From Legionella sp. (GTDB lineage Bacteria; Pseudomonadota; Gammaproteobacteria; Legionellales; Legionellaceae): DNA of 64,000 nucleotides. Both the position numbers and the translations under genes were made by a program. Shown here piece after piece: positions 28,984 through 38,952 of the stretch. How positions within the stretch are numbered: position 1 is the first letter of the stretch; every line of letters starts with the position of its first letter. The notes beneath the pieces were generated by a model. The model saw only the letters and a list, made by a program, of their open reading frames with translations. It was not told where the DNA came from and made no database searches. The stretch lies in assembly GCA_002863045.1 (NCBI GenBank), contig PKDH01000036.1, positions 3,630 through 67,629 of the forward strand, read 5' to 3'.

Positions 28984-30180
28984 ATGCGCCGTTCTTTTTT
29001 TTTGAATATTATGATTGCTGGTTACTTTGCGCTAAATAGCTCACTTTCTTTTGCAGAATCAATCTTAGCACCCAATCAAGTTCACTCACCGAAAATGCTT
29101 ATTATACCATCGCCTCCTTTAATTCGGGCAAAAGCGTATATTTTAATTGATACATACAGTGGCAAGATTATTGCAGAGAAACACAGCGATAAACGCCTAC
29201 CACCGGCAAGCTTAACCAAAATGATGACACTTTATGTAGCATCCAACGCGCTTAAAAATGAACAAATCCATCTGGATGATAAAGTACATATCAGCAAAAA
29301 AGCCTGGAAAATGACAGGCTCTAAAATGTTTATTAAAGAAGGTCAAAATATTGCTATATCTGATCTTTTACAAGGCATTATTGTTGATTCTGGTAATGAT
29401 GCCTGTGTTGCAATGGCAGAATATTTGGGTGGTAGTGAAGCTAAATTTGCAACTCTTATGAATCAACAGGCACAATTAATCGGCATGTCGCACAGCCATT
29501 TTACGGATAGTACTGGCCTTCCTGATAAAAATCACTTTACTACCGCTAAAGATTTGGCTTTGCTTGGGGTTAGGCTAATTCATGATTTTCCGCAATATTA
29601 TCATTGGTATGGTCAAAAATGGTTTACTTTTAATCAAATCAAACAACCCAATCGTAACCGTTTACTCTGGCGTGATGAAAGCGTAGATGGTATTAAAACA
29701 GGACATACAGATGAAGCTGGTTTTTGTTTAGTATCCTCAGCTAAACGACATAATATGCGACTTTTAGCGGTTGTTATGGGATCACCCAGTGAAGCGGTTC
29801 GCGCTGAGGATAGTTCAAGATTATTAAATTATGGCTTTCGATTTTATGAAACACATAAATTATATTCAGCAAATCAAACCATTACTAAGCTGCCTGTTTA
29901 TTATGGTCAGTCAAATGAACTTGCTAGTGGTCTTCTGCAAAATGCGTATATCACTATTCCAACAGGTCAATACAACCATTTAACAGTTGTCACTGAAACC
30001 ATCGATATTTTAAAAGCACCGATTCGTAAACATCAAAAAATAGGCTATTTGGTGATTCGTTTAGATGACCAAGTACTAGACAAAAAGCCTTTGTATGCTT
30101 TAAATGAACTAGCCAAAGGTGGTTATTTAAGTCAAATTAAAGATATGATGAAAATTAAAGTTCATCATTGGATAAGTTAA
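28984..30180 (+). CDS. dacA: D-alanyl-D-alanine carboxypeptidase (PBP5/6 class)
   Basis: It has a signal peptide and the SxxK (ASLTKMMT), SGN (DSGND) and KTG (IKTGHT) motifs. The order dacA-ybeD-lipB matches E. coli. Confidence 0.9.
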   Translation: MRRSFFLNIMIAGYFALNSSLSFAESILAPNQVHSPKMLIIPSPPLIRAKAYILIDTYSGKIIAEKHSDKRLPPASLTKMMTLYVASNALKNEQIHLDDKVHISKKAWKMTGSKMFIKEGQNIAISDLLQGIIVDSGNDACVAMAEYLGGSEAKFATLMNQQAQLIGMSHSHFTDSTGLPDKNHFTTAKDLALLGVRLIHDFPQYYHWYGQKWFTFNQIKQPNRNRLLWRDESVDGIKTGHTDEAGFCLVSSAKRHNMRLLAVVMGSPSEAVRAEDSSRLLNYGFRFYETHKLYSANQTITKLPVYYGQSNELASGLLQNAYITIPTGQYNHLTVVTETIDILKAPIRKHQKIGYLVIRLDDQVLDKKPLYALNELAKGGYLSQIKDMMKIKVHHWIS

Positions 30181-30194
30181 ATCGTGGAATATTT

Positions 30195-30464
30195 ATGTTA
30201 GATAAAGCTAAAACACTATTAACGTTTCCATGCATCTTTCCAGTTAAAATTTTTGGCCTTAACCAAAATAATTTTATCGAATGCACCAAAAATATAATCT
30301 ATGAATATTTTCCGACTACACCTACCGCTAATATAGCGTTTAACTTAAGTCAAAATGAACGTTTTATCGCAATAACTGCGCGCTTATATGTTGAAGATAA
30401 ATCTGTACTAAATGATTTATTTTTAGCTTTAAAAACACTTCCTGAACTTAAAATGGTTTTATAA
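30195..30464 (+). CDS. ybeD: YbeD (DUF493) family protein
   Basis: [21 protein letters not shown] parallels E. coli YbeD (...LLEFPTPFTYKVMG), and the C-terminus ends ...KMVL. It lies between dacA and lipB. The start is moved to 30195. Confidence 0.8.
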   Translation: MLDKAKTLLTFPCIFPVKIFGLNQNNFIECTKNIIYEYFPTTPTANIAFNLSQNERFIAITARLYVEDKSVLNDLFLALKTLPELKMVL

Positions 30465-31066
30465 TGAATTTTCGTCATATAGGCCAACAAGATTATTTAA
30501 CAGTTTGGCAACAAATGAAAACATTTACTTTAAATCGAACAAAGATCACTGAAGATGAATGCTGGTTTGTTGAGCATCCTCCTGTATACACTCAGGGACA
30601 AGCTGGTAAAGCACAACATATTATTAACCCTAAAGATATTCCGATAGTACAATCTGACAGAGGCGGTCAGGTAACTTATCATGGCCCAGGACAACTCGTT
30701 GTCTATGTATTATTTGATTTGTCACGAACTAAATTAGGTATTCGTACCCTTGTTAACTTATTAGAACAAACCCTTATTGAATTACTTAATGGTTATCAAA
30801 TATCTGCAACCACTCGATGTCAGGCGCCAGGTGTGTATGTTAATGAACAAAAAATTGCTTCTATTGGTTTGCGTGTGAAAAGTCATTGTACATATCATGG
30901 TTTTGCACTGAATGTTGATATGGATCTTACTCCCTTTAAAGGCATTAATCCTTGTGGATTTGAAAATATGGAAATGACTCAAATGAAAAATTTTGTTGCT
31001 ATGCTGAATATGACCGATGTTACTAAAAGATTGCAAACATTATTAGCACAATCATTGAATGTCTAG
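30464..31066 (+). CDS. lipB: Octanoyltransferase (lipoyl(octanoyl) transferase)
   Basis: It has [28 protein letters not shown], and the NPCG region with the catalytic Cys. Confidence 0.93.
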   Translation: MNFRHIGQQDYLTVWQQMKTFTLNRTKITEDECWFVEHPPVYTQGQAGKAQHIINPKDIPIVQSDRGGQVTYHGPGQLVVYVLFDLSRTKLGIRTLVNLLEQTLIELLNGYQISATTRCQAPGVYVNEQKIASIGLRVKSHCTYHGFALNVDMDLTPFKGINPCGFENMEMTQMKNFVAMLNMTDVTKRLQTLLAQSLNV

Positions 31067-31069
31067 GTT

Positions 31070-32362
31070 ATGCATTTATTCTCTGATTACCTTCATCCTT
31101 TAACCATTTGGTTGCAGTCTCACCCATACTTTGCACTTTTTTTTACTTTTTTAATCTCCTTTGCTGAATCACTCGCTATTATCGGCAGTATCATTCCAGG
31201 CTCAGTAACTATGACAGCGGTAGGTTTTTTAGCCGGATCAAGGGTTATGCGCGTTGATTTAACGCTTATAGTTGCTACTCTTGGGGCTATTGCAGGTGAT
31301 AGTTTAAGCTATACAATTGGTTATCGCTTCCACTATTTAATACCCAAGATTTGGCCTTTTCGCAATAATCCAGAATGGCTTGTTTATGGTAAAGACTACT
31401 TTGCGCGTCATGGCGGTAAAAGTGTTTTAATAGGACGTTTTTTTGGTCCTCTTCGTTCAATCATTCCAGTAATTGCTGGTATGATGCGTATGAATCAAAC
31501 ACAATTTCTTATCGCAAACGTGATATCAGGTATCGCTTGGGCGCTAGTTTATGTTTTACCAGGTACTTTTATAGGAGCGGCAAGTGTTGAGCTTTCTCCT
31601 GAAACAGCAACACGCTTATTATTTTTGTTATTAAGCTTACTTGCTACATTATGGTTATTTGGTTTAATTCTCAGATACCTTTCAACAAAATTAAATGCTA
31701 CTTTGACCAAATGGTTTCATGTTTTATGGTTATGGTCTACCAAAAAACTATCTCCAAAATTTCTTAAATATTATCAACTAACCCTTGCTTTTTTAAGCTT
31801 ATTACTTTTTTTGATAATTTTTTTAGGTGTTAGTGCTGATTTATATATGAATCAAATTGAGGTAATCACCTATTTTCCATTAAGTTCATTTAAATTTTTT
31901 CAAAATTTTAAATCTTATTTAATAAATATGGGCGTTAATGTGCGGTATATTTTACAGCTACTGTCGCTATGTCTTTTCATTGGTTTTGTTTTAATACACT
32001 TTATAACTAAAAAAAATGGCGCGTTGTTCTGGTGGATAAACCTTTATGTAACCTATGGTATTTTTTACTTTATAACCAGTAAATTAATATCTAATATTTT
32101 TCCTAATTTTTACTTAATTTTATCATTAATAACTGCACAATTGTCTTTTTTACTGTTATACGCGCATATGTATCTTTATCCTTTTAATAAAATAATTGAT
32201 TTTTTAATCTTTTCTTGGTTATTAGTAAGTTGGTTTATATTTACCAGTATAAATCACTCGCTATCTTATTGCATTTTAGGATATACATTAGGCATTATAT
32301 TGGGATTAAGTCACTGGATTTTATATCAAAGAATAACAAATATTATACAAAATGATAGATAA
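31070..32362 (+). CDS. DedA-family membrane protein with ~230-aa additional C-terminal polytopic domain
   Basis: The N-terminal ~200 aa carry DedA/SNARE-associated signatures (ESLAIIGSIIPGS, GDSLSYTIGY, GKSVLIGRFFGPLRSIIPVIAGM). The remainder is a very hydrophobic F/L/I/Y-rich multi-pass region. Confidence 0.8.
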   Translation: MHLFSDYLHPLTIWLQSHPYFALFFTFLISFAESLAIIGSIIPGSVTMTAVGFLAGSRVMRVDLTLIVATLGAIAGDSLSYTIGYRFHYLIPKIWPFRNNPEWLVYGKDYFARHGGKSVLIGRFFGPLRSIIPVIAGMMRMNQTQFLIANVISGIAWALVYVLPGTFIGAASVELSPETATRLLFLLLSLLATLWLFGLILRYLSTKLNATLTKWFHVLWLWSTKKLSPKFLKYYQLTLAFLSLLLFLIIFLGVSADLYMNQIEVITYFPLSSFKFFQNFKSYLINMGVNVRYILQLLSLCLFIGFVLIHFITKKNGALFWWINLYVTYGIFYFITSKLISNIFPNFYLILSLITAQLSFLLLYAHMYLYPFNKIIDFLIFSWLLVSWFIFTSINHSLSYCILGYTLGIILGLSHWILYQRITNIIQNDR

Positions 32363-32420
32363 TTTGTTATAAAAAATCATTTTTGGTACAATAACTTTAT
32401 TTTTTTCTCATAAAATAATT

Positions 32421-33125
32421 ATGTTGCGATTTTTTTTATATTTGATTCTTTTACAACCATGTATTATTTTAGCGATGGCGCCTCCTCCCAATTGGCATGA
32501 AGCTTTAGAACATGCGCTTATAAAATATGCTATTCCGACCGAGCCTGAATTAAAGTCTTTTTTTAAAAAAGCTCATTTGACATATCCACCCCAGCACATA
32601 GCTTTGTTGGCTTTTAAACGTGAACGTAAAATTGAATTATGGGCTAAACAAAATGAGACTATTTGGCATTATATCCATACCTATCCACTTACAGCCATCA
32701 GTGGTAAATTAGGGCCCAAACTAAAAGAGTATGATAAACAAATTCCCGAAGGAATCTACAAACTTACAACTTTTAATCCGTTTAGCAGCATGCATTTATC
32801 TATGATGATTAACTATCCTAATGAATTTGATAAATTACATGCACATTATGATGGTAGAAAAAACTTAGGTAACAATATTTTTTTGCATGGCAAGGCTCTT
32901 TCTGTAGGTTGTTTAGCCATAGGGGACCATGCAATTGATCAATTATTTTTATTAGCCTATCGTGTGGGACTTAATCATATAGATCTTATTATTGCCCCTA
33001 ATGATCTAAGACAAGCAAAACCTGCAACTTTAGCTCGTCTACAACCAACATGGCTACCGATTTTATACAAGCAAATTAAAATAGCTCTTAATGCTTTTCC
33101 ATTATCCTCTAAAGGCTTGATATAA
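32421..33125 (+). CDS. YkuD-fold protein of the YafK/DpaA-like subgroup (L,D-transpeptidase-fold enzyme)
   Basis: It has a signal peptide and the motif FLHGKALSVGCLAIGD, which is the HG...S.GC core without the usual Arg. Confidence 0.55.
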   Translation: MLRFFLYLILLQPCIILAMAPPPNWHEALEHALIKYAIPTEPELKSFFKKAHLTYPPQHIALLAFKRERKIELWAKQNETIWHYIHTYPLTAISGKLGPKLKEYDKQIPEGIYKLTTFNPFSSMHLSMMINYPNEFDKLHAHYDGRKNLGNNIFLHGKALSVGCLAIGDHAIDQLFLLAYRVGLNHIDLIIAPNDLRQAKPATLARLQPTWLPILYKQIKIALNAFPLSSKGLI

Positions 33126-33135
33126 ATTATTGTAG

Positions 33136-33696
33136 TTATTGATGCTCATCATTTACGACAAAAATACCAGGAGCATTACGCAAATACTCATGATAGTCCA
33201 TACCATATCCAAAAATATAATGATTTTCTATTCTCAAGCCTACAAAATCAGCATAAGACAGGCCTGCTTCTAAACGTGCTTCATACTTATCGACTAATAC
33301 TGCACTTAATACGCGAGATGCGCCCATTTTTTTTACTTCATCTATAATAGCAGCTAAAGTTATTCCACCATCTAAAATATCATCAACAACTAAAACAGTG
33401 CGGTTTTTTAAGTTAATGCTTGGCTTAACCTTCCAAAAAATATCACCACCTTCAATTTCACCACGATAACGAGTTGCATGAACATAATCAACTTCGAGCG
33501 GAAAATCTAATCTTGGTAATAAATTACCCATAGGGACTAGCCCGCCTATCATGACACAAAGCAATACAGGGTTTTCATCTTTTAAAGCATGATGAATTTT
33601 ATCTGCCATCGCATCCAATGCAGTTTCGATTTCCTTGGTAGTATATAGGCACGTTGATTTGGCATACACTTCTTTTATATTATGTGGGATTGACAT
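33136..33696 (-). CDS. hpt: Hypoxanthine-guanine phosphoribosyltransferase
   Basis: PRPP-binding motif [14 protein letters not shown], 186 aa. Confidence 0.85.
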   Translation of the reverse strand: MSIPHNIKEVYAKSTCLYTTKEIETALDAMADKIHHALKDENPVLLCVMIGGLVPMGNLLPRLDFPLEVDYVHATRYRGEIEGGDIFWKVKPSINLKNRTVLVVDDILDGGITLAAIIDEVKKMGASRVLSAVLVDKYEARLEAGLSYADFVGLRIENHYIFGYGMDYHEYLRNAPGIFVVNDEHQ

Positions 33697-33726
33697 GATT
33701 TATCCTGTAGATTTATGAAAATTCAC

Positions 33727-34047
33727 TTACCGTTTTTCAGGTAAAGGAAATAAGCTAACTTTCTGCTGTTTTTCACCTAAATGTTTAATTTTACCTATGC
33801 CTTGCTTATCAACTTCATCAATTCTTTCAATTAAATGCAGTGGAATAAATGTTCGTTTAACCCGAGAAAATTCCAATTTTAAACGCTCTTCAGAAGGATC
33901 AATGACAAGGGTCGTATTTTCACCGAATATAAACTCTTCTACAGCAAGAAAACCAAACATATCACTTTCAGCAACAAAACGAGCATACATTTCATAAACC
34001 TCATCTTGATTTCGAAAAATAATACGGTAGATAGTAGGATTGGCCAT
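33727..34047 (-). CDS. Conserved hypothetical protein (DUF1820-like)
   Basis: MANPTIYRIIFRNQDEVYEMYARFV...; I recall this pattern from a small conserved gammaproteobacterial family. The start is moved to the internal ATG at 34047. Confidence 0.55.
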   Translation of the reverse strand: MANPTIYRIIFRNQDEVYEMYARFVAESDMFGFLAVEEFIFGENTTLVIDPSEERLKLEFSRVKRTFIPLHLIERIDEVDKQGIGKIKHLGEKQQKVSLFPLPEKR

Positions 34048-34115
34048 AAAACTATTTTTAAAACAACGAAAAGCGCGATTATACAAAATATAATCACACT
34101 GACACAAACTCTATT

Positions 34116-34826
34116 TTAAAAAAAACCAGTTTCTAATAAAGTCATGTAAGCCTGATTTTTTTGGAAATCAATCTGATGTTGTATTATTTTTTTCTGTACC
34201 ATTAGGCAAAAAAAACCTGCCGGTAATGGCGAGAATAATTTACCCAACCCGTGAGCTGCTTTTAAATTTTCTAATAACCATAATGAATTAAGGGGCGGCA
34301 AATGATAAAAATAAGATAAAAAACTCATATTATAAGCGTAGCATTTCATTTTTCTTAAGAGAGCTCCAGCAGTAAAAAAATTAAATTGTTCAAAATAATG
34401 ACGTTTTTTTTGCGTATAAAACCAGTAACCCCAACAACTATAGGGATTGACCCCCCAGAAGATTAAATAACCCCCTGGCTTTAAAATACTATCTATTTCT
34501 TTAATAAAAGCATCATTCATAGGGCAATTGACATTCGAAAAAGGCATGATGATGCAATCTATGGTGTGTTTGGCAAATGGTAAGTGTTCAAATGACGCTT
34601 GTAGATGAGTATATGAAAATCTAGACGGTGTTATTATCCAATGCGAACGAAATGGTAGAAAATTAAACGCTTCATGGCTTTCAAAACCAAGCTGTAATGC
34701 CGTCGTTTGGTTAAGAAAACAACTTATTTTTTCAAGCTCCTTGGATAGCTCGTGTAATACACTCATTCCTGCAGAGCAAGCAAACCACTTTTTTAAAAAA
34801 CTATCTGTTGCATCTCTCATCAACAT
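34116..34826 (-). CDS. YafS-like SAM-dependent methyltransferase-fold protein
   Basis: HLPFAKHTIDCIIM and LKPGGYLIFWGVNPYSCWGY parallel E. coli YafS (HLPFADKSVDVCLL, DDGWLVISGFNPISFMG, as I recall it). It does not resemble BioC. Confidence 0.6.
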   Translation of the reverse strand: MLMRDATDSFLKKWFACSAGMSVLHELSKELEKISCFLNQTTALQLGFESHEAFNFLPFRSHWIITPSRFSYTHLQASFEHLPFAKHTIDCIIMPFSNVNCPMNDAFIKEIDSILKPGGYLIFWGVNPYSCWGYWFYTQKKRHYFEQFNFFTAGALLRKMKCYAYNMSFLSYFYHLPPLNSLWLLENLKAAHGLGKLFSPLPAGFFCLMVQKKIIQHQIDFQKNQAYMTLLETGFF

Positions 34827-35011
34827 AATAAATGAACGTGTCGAAATTTAATTTTTTAGCATATAAAAATAAGCATGCAAATAAAATAAATACACCTAAT
34901 GGTTTATAAATTATTTTTAGAGTCTTTTTTATATTTAAAAAATTGATTAATTTAATGCAGTAGTCAGTATTTTTGACTATAGTAACAATACGTGACATTT
35001 TTTACATCGAT

Positions 35012-36733
35012 ATGGACGCCGCTGCCGAAATACGCTTACAAGGAATAGCCCAATTAATGGTGCATGAAAATCTTCTTGATAAAGAAAAGGCATTGTCATA
35101 TCAAAAATTAGCTGCTAAACAAAATCAAACCTTTTTACAATATCTTATTTCACAAGCCATTTTAGACTCAAAACATGTTGCGCTAATTATTGCTCAAAAT
35201 TTTGGTTTGCCGCTGGTTGATTTAAATGAAGTTGAATTAAATGCACTGCCGGTAACTTTAGTTAATGAAAAACTTATTAAACGCCATACTATTTTGCCAC
35301 TTTATACCCATGGCAATCATTTATTTCTCGCCATAGATGACCCAAGTAAACAAGTTGCTTTAAAAGAAGTACATTTTCATACCGGGTTACATGTTAATCC
35401 TGTGGTGGTAGAAACTAATAAGCTTATTGATATCATCGATATATTATTAAGCGAAAAGGAAAGCCAAGGTTTAAATGATTATGTTAATGACCATGGTGAG
35501 TTAGATGGTTTAGAGATATCAGCCGATGAAGCGCCTGAATCAGAGGTCATTGATGCTACTAGCATGGATGCGCCGGTGGTTAAATTCATCAATAAAATTA
35601 TTATTGATGCCGTAAAAAAAGGCGTATCTGACATTCATTATGAGCCCTATGAACGTGCTTATCGTATCAGATACCGCTTAGATGGTGTCTTAACAGAAAT
35701 TGCATCACCGCCTATTAATTTGGCCAGTCGTATTACATCACGTATCAAAATTATGTCTAATCTAGATATTTCTGAGCGTCGGGTTCCTCAAGATGGTCGT
35801 TTTAAGATGAAATTATCTTCCACCCTTTCAATTGATTTTCGCGTAAGCACATGTCCGACAATTGGTGGTGAAAAAATTGTGATGCGTATTTTAGACCCAG
35901 GCTCAACTAAATTAGGTATTGAAGCATTAGGTTTTAGCTCTCACCAGAAAAAACTTTTTTTACATGCTATTGAGAAACCTCAAGGCATGATATTAGTCAC
36001 AGGTCCCACAGGTAGTGGTAAAACTGTGTCGCTTTATACCGCTTTAAATATTTTGAATAGGAAAGAGCTCAATATTTCCACAGCTGAAGACCCAGTTGAA
36101 ATTAAAATACAAGGAATTAATCAGGTCAATATTAACACTAAGGCCGGCCTAACTTTCTCTCACGCCTTACGTTCTTTTTTACGCCAAGATCCAGATATCA
36201 TCATGGTTGGGGAGATTCGCGATCTAGAAACGGCGGAAATTGCTATAAAAGCGGCACAAACGGGGCATTTAGTGTTATCAACTTTACATACCAATAGTGC
36301 GGCTGAAACACTTACACGTTTGCTTAATATGGGTGTACCCTCTTTTAATATTGCAAGCTCAGTGAGTCTTGTGATTGCTCAACGGTTAGTGCGTAAATTA
36401 TGCGACTCTTGTAAAGTTAAGCGTGATGACATTACGCCTAAAAGTTTAATTGAGCTTGGCTTTACTGAGGATGAAGCAAATAAAATAACTTTATATAAAG
36501 CACAGGGGTGCAGTCTTTGTAACAATCAAGGATACAAAGGACGCAAGGGCTTGTTTGAAGTTATGAATATGTCAAAAAAATTAGGTGAAATTATCATGTC
36601 AGGTGGTAATTCGCTAGAAATTTTAAAGCAAGCACAGCTAGAAGGTATGCTAACTATGTATCAGTCTGGCTTAGAGCAAATTAAAGCAGGCGTTACCACC
36701 ATTGAAGAAGTTAATCGAGTAACTGTTGAATAA
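35012..36733 (+). CDS. pilB: Type IV pilus assembly ATPase PilB
   Basis: It has Walker A (GPTGSGKT), the Asp box, Walker B, the His box, and the tetracysteine CDSC...CSLC. The start is set at the ATG at 35012; the track ORF starts at TTG 34973. Confidence 0.93.
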   Translation: MDAAAEIRLQGIAQLMVHENLLDKEKALSYQKLAAKQNQTFLQYLISQAILDSKHVALIIAQNFGLPLVDLNEVELNALPVTLVNEKLIKRHTILPLYTHGNHLFLAIDDPSKQVALKEVHFHTGLHVNPVVVETNKLIDIIDILLSEKESQGLNDYVNDHGELDGLEISADEAPESEVIDATSMDAPVVKFINKIIIDAVKKGVSDIHYEPYERAYRIRYRLDGVLTEIASPPINLASRITSRIKIMSNLDISERRVPQDGRFKMKLSSTLSIDFRVSTCPTIGGEKIVMRILDPGSTKLGIEALGFSSHQKKLFLHAIEKPQGMILVTGPTGSGKTVSLYTALNILNRKELNISTAEDPVEIKIQGINQVNINTKAGLTFSHALRSFLRQDPDIIMVGEIRDLETAEIAIKAAQTGHLVLSTLHTNSAAETLTRLLNMGVPSFNIASSVSLVIAQRLVRKLCDSCKVKRDDITPKSLIELGFTEDEANKITLYKAQGCSLCNNQGYKGRKGLFEVMNMSKKLGEIIMSGGNSLEILKQAQLEGMLTMYQSGLEQIKAGVTTIEEVNRVTVE

Positions 36734-36735
36734 AC

Positions 36736-37956
36736 ATGAAAAATAAAAAACAAACTAAAATCGTCTATAAGTGGAATGGCTTAAATCGCCAAGGTATCAA
36801 AGTAGACGGCAATATTGAAGCCTCTAACCTTGGTATCGCTAAAGCCATGTTACACAAACAAGGTATTATCATCCGCGCTATTGCCAAAGAACGAAAACCT
36901 TTATTTGACAAAAAAAATAAAAAAATAAAATCAGCCGATATAACTGTTTTTACAAGACAGCTTGCAACCATGATTAATGCAGGCATACCCCTGATTCAAG
37001 CTTTTGATGTAATCATAAAAGGCCAAAAAAATAAACGTATGCAAGTATTAATTGATACCATACGAAAAGATGTAGAGACTGGCTTATCATTGGCTGAATC
37101 ACTAACCAAACACCCAAAATTTTTTAATGAGCTATTTTGTAATTTAGTTGATGCTGGTGAAAAATCAGGTTCACTTGATATTATGTTAAACAAAATTGCC
37201 ACTTATAAAGAAAAAATTGAAATTATCAAAAAGAAAATAAAAAAAGCTTTAACTTATCCAAGTGCTGTTTTAGTTGTTGCTTTTGTGGTGACAGCTATTT
37301 TGCTGGTATTTGTGGTTCCCCAATTTCAATCGCTTTTTCAAGGATTTGGTGCCGACTTGCCTGCTTTGACCTTAATGGTGATTCGTCTATCTAAATTTTT
37401 CCAAGCTTATTGGTATATCATGTTTGGTTTTATAGGCATCGGTGTCTATTCTTTTTTATATTTTATGAAACATTCAACTCATTTTGCACATCAAGTTGAT
37501 AAAATTTTACTTAAAATACCCATCATTGGGCCAATTCTTGAAAAAGCAGCCATTGCCCGTTTTGCCCGCACACTTTCAATCACTTTTGCTGCAGGCTTAC
37601 CGCTTGTTGATGCTTTAAAAGCCGTATCAGGTGCAACCGGTAATATTATTTTCGCCAATGCCACTCAGTCTATTAAAGAAGAAATATCAAGCGGGCAGCT
37701 TCTTCAAAAAGCTATGGCCAATACGCATATTTTCCCAAATATGGTGATTCAAATGACCGCGATTGGTGAAGAATCAGGTACATTAGAATCCATGCTTGGT
37801 AAAATTGCTGATTTTTACGAAGAGGAAGTTGATAACGCAGTTGATTCACTAAGCAGCTTACTCGAGCCTTTGATTATGTCTATTTTAGGGGTTTTAGTTG
37901 GTGGGTTGGTCATTGCGATGTATTTACCCATATTTAAATTAGGTTCCGTGGTTTAA
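36736..37956 (+). CDS. pilC: Type IV pilus platform protein PilC
   Basis: 406 aa with a duplicated GspF domain (TRQLATMINAGIPL / ARTLSITFAAGLPL), positioned after pilB. Confidence 0.93.
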   Translation: MKNKKQTKIVYKWNGLNRQGIKVDGNIEASNLGIAKAMLHKQGIIIRAIAKERKPLFDKKNKKIKSADITVFTRQLATMINAGIPLIQAFDVIIKGQKNKRMQVLIDTIRKDVETGLSLAESLTKHPKFFNELFCNLVDAGEKSGSLDIMLNKIATYKEKIEIIKKKIKKALTYPSAVLVVAFVVTAILLVFVVPQFQSLFQGFGADLPALTLMVIRLSKFFQAYWYIMFGFIGIGVYSFLYFMKHSTHFAHQVDKILLKIPIIGPILEKAAIARFARTLSITFAAGLPLVDALKAVSGATGNIIFANATQSIKEEISSGQLLQKAMANTHIFPNMVIQMTAIGEESGTLESMLGKIADFYEEEVDNAVDSLSSLLEPLIMSILGVLVGGLVIAMYLPIFKLGSVV

Positions 37957-37958
37957 AA

Positions 37959-38819
37959 ATGATGCTTATTTGGCAATTAACACATACTCATCAATACGTG
38001 TTTTTTATTTTTTTTGGGCTTATCACTTTGATGATTGGCAGTTTTATTAATGTATTGATTTATCGATTACCTATCATGTTAAAACAGCAATGGCAGTCCG
38101 ATTGTCATGTTTTACTTAATCTTCCTGAAAAACCCGCATCTCAAGTATTTAACTTATGGTTACCACGCTCTTTTTGCCCATCCTGTAATCATACTTTATC
38201 TTTTTATTGCAACATTCCTGTTTTAAGTTGGTTAATACTTAAAAGAAGGTGTTTATATTGTCAAGCATCCATATCTATTCTTTATCCTGCTATTGAAATC
38301 ATGTGCTGTTTATTAAGCCTTCTGGCGGCTTGGCATTTTGGCATTGATTTTTTATTAATATTTATATCCTTATTTATTTGGATAAATATTGCTCTTTTTT
38401 TTATTGATTTAGAACATTTTTTACTGCCTGATAATTTAACATTAACCCTGCTATGGCTTGGATTGATTGCCAATTATTATACTTTGTTTACGACCCTTCC
38501 CGAAGCGATGTTTAGTGCATGTGGGGCATATTTAGTGCTTTGGTCTATTATGCAAATTTTTTATCTTGTCACCGGAAAAATTGGTATGGGACATGGTGAT
38601 TTTAAATTGTTTGCAGCGTATGGAGCTTGGTTTGGCTGGACTAAGTTACCCCTTATCTTATTAGTTGCCTCTTTATCTGGTGCGACTTTTGGTGCAATTT
38701 ATTTATTTTTTACACGAAAAGGCAAGAACACGCCCATTCCATTTGGCCCTTTTTTATGCTGCTCAGGATTAATCTGTTTATTTACAAGCCAATCAAGCTT
38801 AATCAGTATTTTTTATTGA
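37959..38819 (+). CDS. pilD: Prepilin peptidase / N-methyltransferase PilD
   Basis: It has the CPSC...CxxC cytoplasmic cysteines, the MGHGDFKL active-site Asp motif, and 8 TM helices. Confidence 0.93.
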   Translation: MMLIWQLTHTHQYVFFIFFGLITLMIGSFINVLIYRLPIMLKQQWQSDCHVLLNLPEKPASQVFNLWLPRSFCPSCNHTLSFYCNIPVLSWLILKRRCLYCQASISILYPAIEIMCCLLSLLAAWHFGIDFLLIFISLFIWINIALFFIDLEHFLLPDNLTLTLLWLGLIANYYTLFTTLPEAMFSACGAYLVLWSIMQIFYLVTGKIGMGHGDFKLFAAYGAWFGWTKLPLILLVASLSGATFGAIYLFFTRKGKNTPIPFGPFLCCSGLICLFTSQSSLISIFY

Positions 38820-38952
38820 TCGACAATTTACTTTTTTTAAAAATTTGCATTTAAAGTAAGCAAATATACCAATTTAAACACTTAAGAATATACAACTGAT
38901 GGTGATTATTATACTATTTAAGTTTAAATTTTAGCTTTACAATCGAGTTTGT

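Noticed and set aside
34801-34998. 65-aa minus-strand ORF in the yafS-like/pilB divergent intergenic region.
   Set aside because: It overlaps the start of the methyltransferase-like gene and spans an AT-rich promoter region. The sequence is I/K/F/L/Y-rich, as expected from AT-rich non-coding DNA. There is no SD and no motif.
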